From Octopus bimaculoides (lineage: Eukaryota), in the NCBI RefSeq assembly GCF_001194135.2, contig NC_068983.1, positions 22,282,618 through 22,346,617 of the forward strand: a stretch of 64,000 bases of DNA. Direction: 5' to 3'. Position numbers and translations under genes: made by a program. Below, piece by piece: positions 12,546 through 25,022 of this stretch (the first letter of the stretch is position 1; the number at the start of each line of letters is the position of its first letter). The notes under the pieces were generated by a model. That model was not told the origin of the DNA and did no database searches. It saw nothing but the letters and a program-made list of their open reading frames with translations.

Positions 12546-14128
12546 TGGCATCATGTATTTGCCCTATTAAATTCATGGAAATATCTAAACTTTATATCAA
12601 CAGAACAAACCTTCTTTGTAACAAAATACAAAGTGAGAATATCAAATCAAAAAAGATAATGAATTTAAATATGAACAATATATAAATAAAAATAAAATAA
12701 ATGTACAGTCTTTGGAGTTGTGTTTAAATTTTTTTCCAGGAAATAAAAAAAGAAAACAACACTAGAAAAGGAGAAGATTAACATAAACTAATTACTTCTT
12801 AAAATAGGATTAAACCAATTATTTCAGCAACATTTTTTTTTTTTTCCTTCTTCAGAGGTTAAAAAAATCAGATTCAAGAAAAGTTTTATAAAGTAAATGA
12901 ATATGATTAAACCATTAATAACTATGAAAACAATTTCTCTTCGCTTTATCGAAAGCCGTCAGCAAAATTGAAAGCGGAAACAGTAGGAGAAAATTAGCTT
13001 AGTATCTTTACGCAATGCTACCAGTAGAAGTTATCAATTCCTTTGCAATAATCTGCCAAATTTNNNNNNNNNNNNNNNNNNNNNNNNNNNNNNNNNNNNN
13101 NNNNNNNNNNNNNNNNNNNNNNNNNNNNNNNNNNNNNNNNNNNNNNNNNNNNNNNNNNNNNNNNNNNNNNNNNNNNNNNNNNNNNNNNNNNNNNNNNNNN
13201 NNNNNNNNNNNNNNNNNNNNNNNNNNNNNNNNNNNNNNNNNNNNNNNNNNNNNNNNNNNNNNNNNNNNNNNNNNNNNNNNNNNNNNNNNNNNNNNNNNNN
13301 NNNNNNNNNNNNNNNNNNNNNNNNNNNNNNNNNNNNNNNNNNNNNNNNNNNNNNNNNNNNNNNNNNNNNNNNNNNNNNNNNNNNNNNNNNNNNNNNNNNN
13401 NNNNNNNNNNNNNNNNNNNNNNNNNNNNNNNNNNNNNNNNNNNNNNNNNNNNNNNNNNNNNNNNNNNNNNNNNNNNNNNNNNNNNNNNNNNNNNNNNNNN
13501 NNNNNNNNNNNNNNNNNNNNNNNNNNNNNNNNNNNNNNNNNNNNNNNNNNNNNNNNNNNNNNNNNNNNNNNNNNNNNNNNNNNNNNNNNNNNNNNNNNNN
13601 NNNNNNNNNNNNNNNNNNNNNNNNNNNNNNNNATATATATATATATATAGGTTATGAGCAGTAGTGGTGTCAATAAGACCCAGAGGTGTCAGGTAATGCT
13701 GAGTAAGTGTTATGGATAGACCATAGTTAAGCTCCAGGTTCGGTGATTATGCGAATAAGGGGTCCAACGTAGGTCATATATCAGCGTGTGCATAAAGATT
13801 TAGTTTTCGTAATGAGATAAAAAGGTGATGGAGTGTTGGTGGAGGTGGTGGTGATAAAGGTAGTGGCGGTGGTAGAGGCGACAAGGATATAAACAAACAT
13901 TGGTTGTGAAACAGTGGCAAGATGCACACACATGCATACATACAAGTGCATGTTCACATACAATGTGCATAACTGGCTTCCACACAGTTACTGCCCAGCA
14001 AATTCACTCATAAAGCATCAGTTGGTTCAAGGCTATAGAAGAAAACCTTCATCGAAGACGCCACACATTGAGACTAAACCCAAAACCATGTAGTTGTAAA
14101 ATGAACATCTTAAACCACACAGCCATGG

Positions 14129-14190
<62 letters not shown>

Positions 14191-14990
14191 AAGAGAGAGA
14201 GAGAGAGAGAAAGACATAGCTACACATACTCACACACAAAATGTTACTGACTACAGAGTAATAAGTTTGTGTTGCCAAGATCAAACACTATCAAACTGTA
14301 GACACATAATGCTTGAGTTTTCATTAAATCAAGCATGATAATGAACATCATTTTCAATAAGCATCTATTTATTATTGGAAAGAAAAAGAGTATAACAAAA
14401 AAAAAGAAAAAGATAAAACAAAAAACAAAAAGAAAAACCAAATGATGATGTTACAAGATTGAGGGAGATGAGTGAGGTGGTAGTAGCCAATTGGGATGTG
14501 AGAATTGGTTGGAGGTGGTTGGAGAATGCAGAGAGGTGGGGATGGTGGTTTCCGAAATCAGCAGTTGATGGGTGCGACAGGAGCGATGGGAGATGATGGG
14601 AGGAGAGATGGTAGGGGAGGAGGTTATGTAGTACATTTGCTGAGAATTAGAATATGGTTGGCAACTAGTAATATCAAGAAATAGGACAGTCAATGTAGAA
14701 AAAAAAATTAAAACTATTTTTGAATAGTGATGACAATGAGAATGAAGGAGATGATAATGAAAATGGCAGGGGGCGGGTGGGGTATAAGTAATGACGGTAG
14801 CAGTGAAGGTGAGGACATAGATGTAGTAGTGATACTGTAATACTAGAGATGGTGTTAAATGTAGTATCAGCATGAAGTGGAGTGGAGGAAATGGTGGTGG
14901 TGGTGGTGATGGTGGTGGTGGTGATGGTGGTGGTGGTGGTGGTGGTGGTTATAGCAACTGGGATAGTGTTGGTGATGCTATTAATAATCT

Positions 14991-15039
<49 letters not shown>

Positions 15040-16286
15040 AGTGTGTTGGTTATAACAGTGGTGGTGCTGTTGATGCTGTAAATAGTGATAGTAGCAGTAG
15101 TAGTAATAGTAGTAAGGGCGGTGGCGCTAGTAGTAGTCACAGTAGTTATGATGGTGATGGCAAGGACAACCAAATCCAGTGGAGATTAAGTAGCTGATTA
15201 AAAAACAAATAAAAAAATCTATAAATCAAGATTAGGTAACTCTAGGCCACTACATTAGTAAGGAAGAAGGAAAGAAGGAAGGGAAGGTGAGGGGAGGGTT
15301 GGTAATATCAAGCACCATCAATCACCATTATCCTTACCATAAACACAGTCATCACTACCACCACCAAACAATTACCATCACCAACACAACTATTCATAAC
15401 CACTACCACAACTATAATAATAGTACCACCAATATTAATGAGCCAATGAGGAGTCTAATCATTCGCCTGATTTAGCAAGTAATAACAGTGTGAATTTCAC
15501 ACTGACATCTTAAAAATGAAGGACACATTGGACAATAGAGTCAAAGGTATATATAAAAAAAAAGGAACGAGGTAAAACGAGACGAACAGATTGGATAATA
15601 AAGTTCTCATTGTGAAACTGCCTTAGAGATACATGGAGTTAGTATGGTTAGATTACTTTTGAACATAGTTCAGCTTGATGACGGCTGATGTGGTGACAAC
15701 CCACAACAAACACTGCCTCTGTCATTAATACAATTAAAACTAAAACCTTTCCAGGTTACTGGTTTTTCTGAACCAGGTGGACACTTCTGAACTAAATGAA
15801 TATCAAATCTATTTAAATTATTAAATGAAATACATGTGTTTGTACATTAGTGTAAATGATTCTAGTTCATTAATATTGCACTGTGCAAGGTACTTTGAAA
15901 CAGAGCTACCTGGTAAACTAGTCTAACAGCCATGAGAGTTTGAAGTTCCTGCTCATAAATTGCTGTAGATTATAAGAGGTTCCAGACAGTCAGTTGGTAA
16001 GTACCTACACCACTAGCAAAAACTGATGCAACACTAAGTTTTACAGAAGATGGCTGGACTTGTGTAACATAACAACAACTTATAATCACAAAACAAATAG
16101 GCATTACCATAAGAAGTACATATCCCTAAAGAGACAAGATGGCCACAGCTGAAGTGTCTTTTGATCACAGGTCTGCTTAACTGAGTCAGGGCTAACCAGG
16201 GGTTAAACAACACCTACTACATCACATTAGTGAAATGGCTAATATCACCTTCACAAGACACTAGTATTACCATCATCATTTATATA

Positions 16287-16744
16287 CCGTAAATCCTCGA
16301 GTATAGTCTGCCCTTGAGTATAATACGCAGGGGATTTTTAGGGGGCTGTACCTCTGAAAAACCTAAACCTTGTGTATAATATGCACCCCTTCTCTAACTT
16401 GAGTCAAGGATGTCTATATAACATCCTTGATTTGTAAACATATATATGGTAACGTACTTTATTATTATTGTATATATAACATAATGCAAGTGCGTAGCTT
16501 TTTTTGTGCCCTTTGCAGAAAATAAAGAAATAACAGCGAAAAATGGCCTTTACATATTTATCACTATCAGTTACAAGCTCGACATCACAAAATGTGTCTG
16601 AATAAACATTTCTGGACAGCAAATAGAGACTCAGACATTGCTTAGAAAATATTTTTTCATTTTTAACCTCGTACATAGTACACACTAGGGATTTTGACCT
16701 TTAAATTTTTGGGGAAAATGCAGATTATACTCAAGGATTTATGG
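16287..16744. mobile_element. Tc1/mariner-superfamily (Tc2-like) MITE, 458 bp, TA TSD
   Basis: TA|CCGTAAATCCTCGAGTATAGTCTGC ... reverse complement CCATAAATCCTTGAGTATAATCTGC|TA; 22/25 TIR identity with TA on both sides. The Tc2 label comes from the CCGTA terminus and is tentative. Confidence 0.82.
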
Positions 16745-19057
16745 TAGTTACCCCATCACTACTATGACAGTCACAGTACCACCCATAGCACTAGTGTAGT
16801 TAGTAATCACAACACTTAATACATCTATCTCACAAACTAATACAGCAACCATAACGCTATTATAGCCATCATCATTACTACACTATTGGTATAGTTAAAA
16901 AACAGCACCACAACCAATACAGTAAATGGTCAGCACCACCATCAACTACACTAATATAACCATCTTATATATTAATATAGGACCAATGCAGTTAACACTG
17001 CCATCATCCCTATTAATACTGATTACAATATTTACCTGTTTATTTGTTTCAGCCATAGGGCTGCAGCCATGCTGGAGTACCATCTTAAAGGGATTTAGTC
17101 AAATGATCAACCCCAGTACTTTCTTTAAAGCCAGGTACTTGTTCCCGCAGTTTTTTCTTTTTTTTTTTTCTGAACTGCGAATTAATGGAGACATAAACAC
17201 ATATACACAACAGGCTTCTTTCAGTTTCTACTCATCAAATCCATTCACAAGGCCGTGGTCATTCTAGGGCTGTAGTAGAAGACACAAATTCAAGATGCCA
17301 CTCTGTGAGAATGAACCTGGAACCATGTGGTTGGGAAGCAAACTTCTCACCACACAGCCATGTCTGTACTTATAAAAAAAAGACCTATTTATTCACATGC
17401 TAGGAATTGAACCCACACTGCCTGGAATCCTAACCATTAACATTCTTCAACCATTACATTCTTCAGCATAATCCAACTATTTCTCTCTCTCTCATACACA
17501 CACACACACACAAGCACATGTTACACACATCCTATACACATGCTCAAGTCTAGAAATATTTTTTTTTAAATAAAGTTTTAAAAAAATAGTCAAAAAATAG
17601 CAAAAACTGTCAATATTTAAGAAAATTGAGAAAATGTCACAACATATAGCAAGAAAAAAATATTCTAAATATATCTCTTTTGAAAAATAAAACAAAACGA
17701 ATTTCTTCAGAAAAAAGTATAATTTGTGATAATCCATCGTTTAATTTTTTATTTTTAAAATTTACTTTGAAGGATTATTCAATGTAAGTAAGGTGGGGGG
17801 AGGGGAGGGAGAAAGAAAAAGGTAATTAATTTAGGTTTTTCTTCATTGAGAGAGAGAAAAATACTTCATTTTACACATCCAGATAGAGTTAATAAGTACC
17901 TTTAATTATCTATGAAATCTTGCCTGTAATTATTATATACAATGATGAGAGGAAGAAAACCACTGCCGCCACCACCACCACAACATCATCATCATTACAA
18001 CTACAAGAGGTAAATCCAATTTACTCCAATACTACGTTCTATGGTAATGTCACCACCACCACCATCATTTATTTCCACAAATCAATTTTATCATCATAAT
18101 CTGGCATTGATATCATCATCATCATTCATTATAACCACCACTACTACCACCACCACCTTCATCATCATCATCATCATCATCATCACATCCAGTTCTAGTA
18201 TCAATATCACCCACATCATCTCCCACCATCACCACACCCACAAGCTCTTTTTCTTTTTTTCTAAGAATTTCTCTCAGAAATAAATAATCGAAGATATTAA
18301 AATGCCATGGTTACTGCTGACAACAAGAGACAAATGTTGCTTGAATATTTCTTATCTGTTAGAAATAGAATCTTGCAAAAATGATTTTAAAAAAAGAAAG
18401 AAAGAAAATAACAGAAAAAGTGAGACATANNNNNNNNNNNNNNNNNNNNNNNNNNNNNNNNNNNNNNNNNNNNNNNNNNNNNNNNNNNNNNNNNNNNNNN
18501 NNNNNNNNNNNNNNNNNNNNNNNNNNNNNNNNNNNNNNNNNNNNNNNNNNNNNNNNNNNNNNNNNNNNNNNNNNNNNNNNNNNNNNNNNNNNNNNNNNNN
18601 NNNNNNNNNNNNNNNNNNNNNNNNNNNNNNNNNNNNNNNNNNNNNNNNNNNNNNNNNNNNNNNNNNNNNNNNNNNNNNNNNNNNNNNNNNNNNNNNNNNN
18701 NNNNNNNNNNNNNNNNNNNNNNNNNNNNNNNNNNNNNNNNNNNNNNNNNNNNNNNNNNNNNNNNNNNNNNNNNNNNNNNNNNNNNNNNNNNNNNNNNNNN
18801 NNNNNNNNNNNNNNNNNNNNNNNNNNNNNNNNNNNNNNNNNNNNNNNNNNNNNNNNNNNNNNNNNNNNNNNNNNNNNNNNNNNNNNNNNNNNNNNNNNNN
18901 NNNNNNNNNNNNNNNNNNNNNNNNNNNNNNNNNNNNNNNNNNNNNNNNNNNNNNNNNNNNNNNNNNNNNNNNNNNNNNNNNNNNNNNNNNNNNNNNNNNN
19001 NNNNNNNNNNNNNNNNNNNNNNNNNNNNNNNATATATATATATATAAAATATATGCA

Positions 19058-19390
19058 CATGAGGTAGTATCAAAAAGTTCCTAGACTAACTATGTTTGCC
19101 CTGTCACCATAAGCTTGCTGAAGCATGCTCAATGTCTCTGTAGCAGACTTCCCAAGTTTAGCGCAAAATTTCACATTGGCACTTTGTTCCAACTTTCTGT
19201 CCAGACAAAAATCGCAGACTACAGTATACACATATCGCAAAGATACAAATTTCACAACTTGCGAAGTAAACACAGTGATGTCACTCAGCACACTGCCCCA
19301 TGGAAATCACCGCCAGTTTTCACTGTGCACACAACTGTGTGCTGCCATCTGTCGGCACACTACAGAACAACTCCAGGAACTTTTTTACTC
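19058..19390 (-). mobile_element. Internally deleted mariner element (TIR remnants plus transposase N-terminus)
   Basis: Minus translation LEQSANVKFCAKLGKSATETLSMLQQAYGD is the mariner N-terminal HTH. TIR-like ends are GTATCAAAAAGTTCCTAGACT (19067) and CCAGGAACTTTTTTACT (19373). Confidence 0.78.
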
Positions 19391-19616
19391 AGGAAGAGAC
19401 TATCCTAGAGTACATTCTGCCTTATCTTCGAAACGTCTAGTTAGAATAGAGGCAGCTGACGAAGGATTAATTCCAAGTGGCTATCTGTTTTCCTATGTGT
19501 TCGTTCCGTGGTCTGTAGTTCATTGTTCTAACGTCCTGTACCCTGATATGCATCTATATACACATGTAGATGTAAGTATTACATATATGTGTGTATACAT
19601 GCATATATATTCTTTG

Positions 19617-19659
<43 letters not shown>

Positions 19660-21412
19660 CACACACACTAATTGATATTAACTATATGAAATCTTTATTG
19701 CACATGGGTGTATAAGGATTTGAATCAACAAGTATAGTGTTAATTTGAGGGTTACACAAGATAAGGGTTACCAAAAAACCACTATGCTCCAGATTCCAGG
19801 TTTTTAGGAAGCCATACCCAAATAGGTATATAATTATAGGTTTGTTATGAGTTTCATTTCATTTTCTTTGAATTCTATGAAAGCTAGCTCAATAACAGAG
19901 CACAGAACAGAGAACAAAGGAAAACAGAAAAACAAAGGGAGAAAAGAAGGTAAAGAAAACAAGTCAGAAAAGCAGGGAAGGTAAAAAAAAAAAAAAAAAA
20001 AAGACAGAAAGGGAAGACAAAATAGAGAGAGAGAGAAAAAAAAAACAAAGAATGAAAGTATAGCAATGAAATACTCATGAGAATGGAAGTCTTTATTGAA
20101 CCAGTTCCTAAATTCCTTTGGTTGTTGTCTTTCAGTATGTTAAAATGGCAGAGCTAACTGAATAGCTAATAATACTTACACTGCTATGGAGAGTCCATAC
20201 AAGTGTAGTAACCAGCTCTACTAAGATAATGCCCATCAGTACATTGAGGTTTTTTTTTTTTTTTTTTTTTTTTTCCCTCCCCCATTTATGTAAATAAATC
20301 GATCATCTACTTTTGAAGTTTAAAAGCAATTCAAGGGGGTAAAAATAGATTTGCAAAAAGGAATTTCAACTGTTTTAGAATAAAAGAAATTGTAGTATAA
20401 AACCAAAATAAATACACTACACACAACTGGTGAAAGAAATATAGTAACACTGGTTACCAATATCCAATGTACCAATAACTAGTAAACTGTATTGATGAGT
20501 GTGACAAGAGAGTGAGAGCATGTAACTTGAAGTGGGCTGCAGGGTTTTTTATAGTTCTTAGGCTTTTGTTTACATCTTCCATTGATGTACAATGGCAAAT
20601 GATATACAAACAGGCATTACACACACAAACGCTTCCATTCTGAGATAAGCTACAATTAGTGTCCTCCACTGACATTTCCATGTCAACAAATCATCCAGTG
20701 TCTCAGAGCTTTCAAATATATGCGGAATGAAAGACTCCATGCTTCATAAACAGGTAAGGGTGAGAAGCAGGAAAGGCATCCAGCTGGAGAAAAAATTGCT
20801 TTGAGAAGCATTCATTTAACCCCTAGATATAAAAATACAAACATGTCACAATTGTGAACAAACACATATCACAAGCTTCTCCACAGTTTTTGTCAACTAA
20901 ATTCCACCTGCCAGGCACTGGTTAACCCAAAGCGATGGTACAAGACATTTATTTGCCTAAGGTGCCACACAGAAAGATCGCACTCAAAACCATATGTTTA
21001 CAAAGTAGGAATTCTTAATGATACAGCCGTACCTGTTACAGTCACTGAAGGAAAGAGGAGAAATAAACAGAACGAAAGGGGAAAAAAGGTGTATGTGTCT
21101 TATTGACAAAGATCCTTGAAAGAGATTAAGATCTACAATGATTCTACACTGCTGTCAATAAAATATGTTTAGCTAAACAACAAAAAGTAAGTCTAAAAAT
21201 TGTTTTATAAACTGAATACCATATGTTTCTTGTATTTTATTTAATGTAATATGGCTGTGTGGTTATAAAATTTTATTACCCAACCACAAAGATTTAGGTT
21301 CAATCCCACTGTGTGGCCAACCAAAGCTTTGTGAGATTTGGTTGGCAGAGACTGAAAGACACCTGTGGTGTGCATATTGTCTTTCTGTGTGTGTGCAGGC
21401 ATGCAATATATT

Positions 21413-21449
<37 letters not shown>

Positions 21450-23058
21450 TTGTACCTCCTTGTCCAGGCATCATGTAATAGTTGTAAATGAGTTTCACTG
21501 TCATACGAGCAGTGCTATTCAAGATTATGGGGGCTCACCAGAATAGAATAGTAACCAAAGGGGTCTATAGATAAAAAAAAAAATGGTTGAGAACCTCTAC
21601 CCATCAAGTAGTGCTCCAGTATGACCACAGTCTAATGACTGAATAAATAAAAGACAAAAGATAAAAAAATAACTACTGAAAAGAAAAACAACTTATTTAG
21701 CTTCAGTGGCATTCATAGGCTTCTTTGCTATTTTCAAAAATTTTCTGAGATACCAGAAATGGAAGATGTTCCTACAATCAATTTCAATCAACAAAACTGA
21801 ACGAAACAAAGCGGCCCCAACAGAGGTTGGATTCTTTGAATACAGAGAGAAAAAAAACAGGAGTAAATGACAATGATGACAACAATGATGATTACAGCAA
21901 GAATGGCGATCCCAATTGATGGCTATGGAGATAATTTTTCATCCTTTGGATGGGTGGTGAAGAATGATAATGATGACAGTGTGAAAAGAAAATAGAAACA
22001 ATGATGATGATATCAATAATGATGTTGCTCTGATCTTGTTGCTGCCGCTACTAATGCTGATGCCAACAACGCCAACAACAACCATGATGATCTATAGGGC
22101 TAATAGGTACTTAATTGTGTAACTAATTACATCATAGAAGACAATTATAAATGCAATTATTATTATCATTACCATTATAATTTTTATTATTATCATCATT
22201 CTTATTATTGCTGTTATTCGTTAAATGAAAATAAAACACATAGCATACAGACCAAAAAAGACAAACATACAAATGTCAAAAGCATAAACTAGGGAAAAAA
22301 AAAAACATCATCATCATGAGTAACATTACAATTCCAAATATTTCATTGTTTTAAAATCAGGCAACTGTGTAACAAGACAGACAAACACAGTTTCACATTT
22401 CCACAGCAGTGCTCTATCTCTGTTTGTCAATGTAATACAATTATAAGTGAGGGGGAAATTTAAAAAAAAAATTTTTTTTGTTCTCTTTGCTAAATAAATT
22501 TAATTAAAAACAATGTAAAAAAACAAAACAAATGAATAAATAAATAAAAGCACCCCAGAAATTATTATTGGTAGTTTCTTTGCTAAACAGGAAGAGAAGA
22601 GCTGGCATCAACCAGGAACCCATTCATACTAAACCAAACAGCAAACACTTGGAAACTAAGAAACAAATTAAAACAGAAACATGCAAGAAGAAGCCATCCA
22701 TCCACAATAGAGTTTGTTTGTCTCTTTAACTTGGAAACTCAGAGAAAAATTATGGTTCCTCTAGAACTACAGGAGACCATTTGGAAATATGGAAGGGGAG
22801 GTTGTGAGAATGGTTAAAGAAATAAATAAGAACAATGTTGAACAAGAAGAATAGCTGTTTCTAATTTCAGCACAAAGCCAGCAGTTTTGAGGGGAAGGGA
22901 TAAGACAATACTAACAATTCCAGTTCTTGAGTGGTACTTTGGTATTATCAATCTCTAAAGGACGAAAAGCAAAGGTGGCCTTAGTGGGATTTGAACTCAG
23001 GTGTAAAAAACCAGAAAAAATGCTACAAATATATTTTAAGACTAACATATTTGCTTCC

Positions 23059-23107
<49 letters not shown>

Positions 23108-23110
<3 letters not shown>

Positions 23111-23540
23111 TCTACTATAGGTACAAAGCCTGAAATTTTGAGGAAGGGGAAGGTCAATTACACTGACCCCAGCACTCAACTGGTACTTATTTTATGAACC
23201 CCTAAAGATAGAGTCAACCTTGGTAGAATTTCAACTCAGAACACGAAGACAGATGAAATACTACTAAGCATTTTGCCCAGCATGCTAACAATTCCACCAG
23301 CTCACTGCCTTATATATATAATAATAGCAATAATAATCCCTTCTATCAGAGGCACAAGCCCTGAAATTTAGTGGAAGGGGATAGTCAGGTGCTTCAACCC
23401 CAGAACTCAACTAGTATATATTTTTTCACCAACCTTGAAAGGATGAAAGACGAAGTCAACCTCAGCAGAATTTGAACTCAAAGCGTAAGGAAAGACAAAA
23501 TGCCGCTAAGCATTTTGCTCAACACGCTAACAATTCTGAA
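23108..23540 (-). mobile_element. Two head-to-tail copies of tRNA-derived SINE family C ((ATT)n-tailed); a third partial copy lies at 22927-23030
   Basis: Each unit reads on the minus strand ..GAATTGTTAGC..AAAATGCTTAG..TGAGTTCAAATTC..GAGGTTGACT..TCATCCTTTC..GTACCAGTTGAG..CAGGC(T)TTGT..CTATAGTAGAAAG followed by an ATT tail. The central block resembles Deu/Nin-type SINE domains (from recall, unverified). Confidence 0.75.
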
Positions 23541-23544
23541 TCCT

Positions 23545-23797
23545 CATCATCATTGTTGAATGTCCGTTTTCCATGCTGGCGTGGGTTGAACGGTTTGATT
23601 GGGGGCCAGCAAGCCAGGAGGCCGCACCAGGCTCCAATCTGATCTGGCAGTTGTTTCTATAGCTGGATGCCCTTCCTAACGCCAACTACTCCAAGAGTGT
23701 AGTGGGTGCTTTTTACATGCCACTGGCACGGGATCCAGCCAGGCAGCACTGGCATCAGCCACCGTTCAGATGGTGCTTTTTACATTCCACTGGCACG
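23545..23797 (-). mobile_element. 3' end of RTE-type LINE (GAT tail)
   Basis: Reverse-complement match to the 11879-12175 tail (CATCATCAT..CCATGCTGGCGTGGG..GCTGGATGCCCTTCCTAACGCCAAC). Confidence 0.78.
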
Positions 23798-23984
23798 TAG
23801 AAATAATAATAAACCTTTCTACTGTAGGCACAATTGAGTCAGTGCCATCAACCATGGTGCTTAATCACTACTTTTATTTTGTCATGGATGAAAGGCAAAG
23901 TTGAGTTCAGCAGGATCTGAGCGCAGAACAAACAACTGTAAGCGTCTGATGCACTAACAATTCTGGTAGTAATAATAGCCACAG

Positions 23985-24348
23985 GTGTGTCTATGTGGTA
24001 AGGAGTTTACTTCACAACCACATGGTTCTGGGTCGGTCCCACTGTATGGCACTTTAGGCAAGTGTCTTCTATAGCTTTGGACCAACCAAAGCTTTGTGGG
24101 TAGATGTGGTAGGCGGAAACTGAAAGAAGCCCAAATTGGGTGTGTGTGTTCGTGCCTGTCCCCCACCACTGCTTGACAGCCAGTGTTGGTATGTCTATAT
24201 TCCCGTAAGCAAAAGAGATCAATTGTGTAAGTACCAGGCTGAAAGAAATAATTACTGGGCATCAGTCCATTGGACAAAAATTCATCAAGGTGGTGGCCCA
24301 GCATGGTCACAGTCTAATGACTGAAACAAGTAAAAGAAAAAATAAAAG

Positions 24349-24350
<2 letters not shown>
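23985..24350 (+). mobile_element. SINE family A, antisense within the FoxN2/3 intron, about 65 nt from the donor
   Basis: Head GTGTGTCTATGTGGTAAGGAG, core GGCAAGTGTCTTCTATAGC..GGCGGAAACTGAAAGAAGCCC, tail CCAGCATGGTCACAGTCTAATGACTGAAACAAGTAAAAG. Confidence 0.8.

Positions 24351-24404
<54 letters not shown>
24351..24404. repeat. (AAT)n microsatellite starting 9 nt into the FoxN2/3 intron
   Basis: About 18 perfect AAT units between the SINE tail and the donor. Confidence 0.95.
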
Positions 24405-24405
<1 letters not shown>

Positions 24406-24413
24406 TTATTTAC

Positions 24414-25022
24414 CTGGCCTTTTTCTTTCTCAACCTTCTTGAAGCATTTATTCAGTGACAAATTATGCCGCACTGAATTTTTCCAACCTGTTGGTGCGCT
24501 TAGGAAGTAAGGGAAATTCTTTAATATCCAAGAGTAGATGTCTTTGACAGGCAAGCTTTTCTGTGGGGATTCCTCAATTGCCATAAAAATTAGGCAACTA
24601 AAGGAATAAGGGGGTTTATTGTTGATATGTTTTTGAGGATTATATGGTACATGGGGTGGGTGTATTGGGGTTGATGCAGGGACCACAGCTTGTATGTCTC
24701 CATTTTCTTTTTGTCCGTCCTCATCTGTTAGCTGGTCATCCACCTCACCAGCATTAATGTTCTTGATCAAATTGGTGTCCTGCAGCCACGCAAGGCTTGT
24801 TAGTTCATCGTCTTCATCCATGGGCCCTTTATCAAGGCGTAGTTCTGTGAAACAACTGTTACTCAGAGGATCGGTCTTCATATCTTCGGAATCAGAGTCC
24901 ATATAATTGAGAGCACGTGACAGCGCACTCCCTGGGAAGCTCTGGCTTAGACTATTGACAAGTCTTTGCCGCATGGAAGCATCACTTTCATCAAGGCTCC
25001 TGTTGCTGCCCATGTTTGCCAT
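24414..25022 (-). CDS. FoxN2/3: Forkhead transcription factor FoxN2/3 (FOXN3/CHES1-like): coding exon with the N-terminus and most of the forkhead domain; partial gene
   Basis: The translation contains KPPYSFSCLIFMAIEESPQKSLPVKDIYSWILKNFPYFLSAPTGWKNSVRHNLSLNKCFKKVEKEKGQ, diagnostic of FoxN2/3 rather than FoxN1/4, plus the N-terminal DDELTSLAWL motif and LSQSFPGSALSRAL, which resemble vertebrate FOXN3. Acceptor is TTTTTTTAG| (AG = 25041-25040; exon starts 25039). Donor is CAG|GTAAAT (GT = 24413-24412), phase 0 after Q. The poly-Ile tail in the ORF track is intronic (AAT)n read-through. Start could be Met at 25022 or 25013, or lie in an upstream exon, since the frame is open to the acceptor. 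Confidence 0.96.

Noticed and set aside
12890-13790. CpG-containing unique segments flanking the 13064-13632 gap
   Set aside because: No recognisable translation or RNA fold. They are probably TE fragments but cannot be assigned by eye.
14872-15081. Gly/Asp-rich 69-aa ORF resembling a low-complexity protein
   Set aside because: It is (GGT)n and (GAT)n repeats and recognisably nothing else.
20454-20681. 75-aa minus-strand ORF as a possible next FoxN2/3 exon
   Set aside because: It has no KGSLW or other FoxN2/3 similarity and no convincing splice sites.
24285-24413. Treating the whole 245-aa ORF as the FoxN protein
   Set aside because: Forkhead similarity stops at a canonical donor; the remainder is microsatellite and SINE. 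It is kept only as a cryptic-isoform hypothesis.
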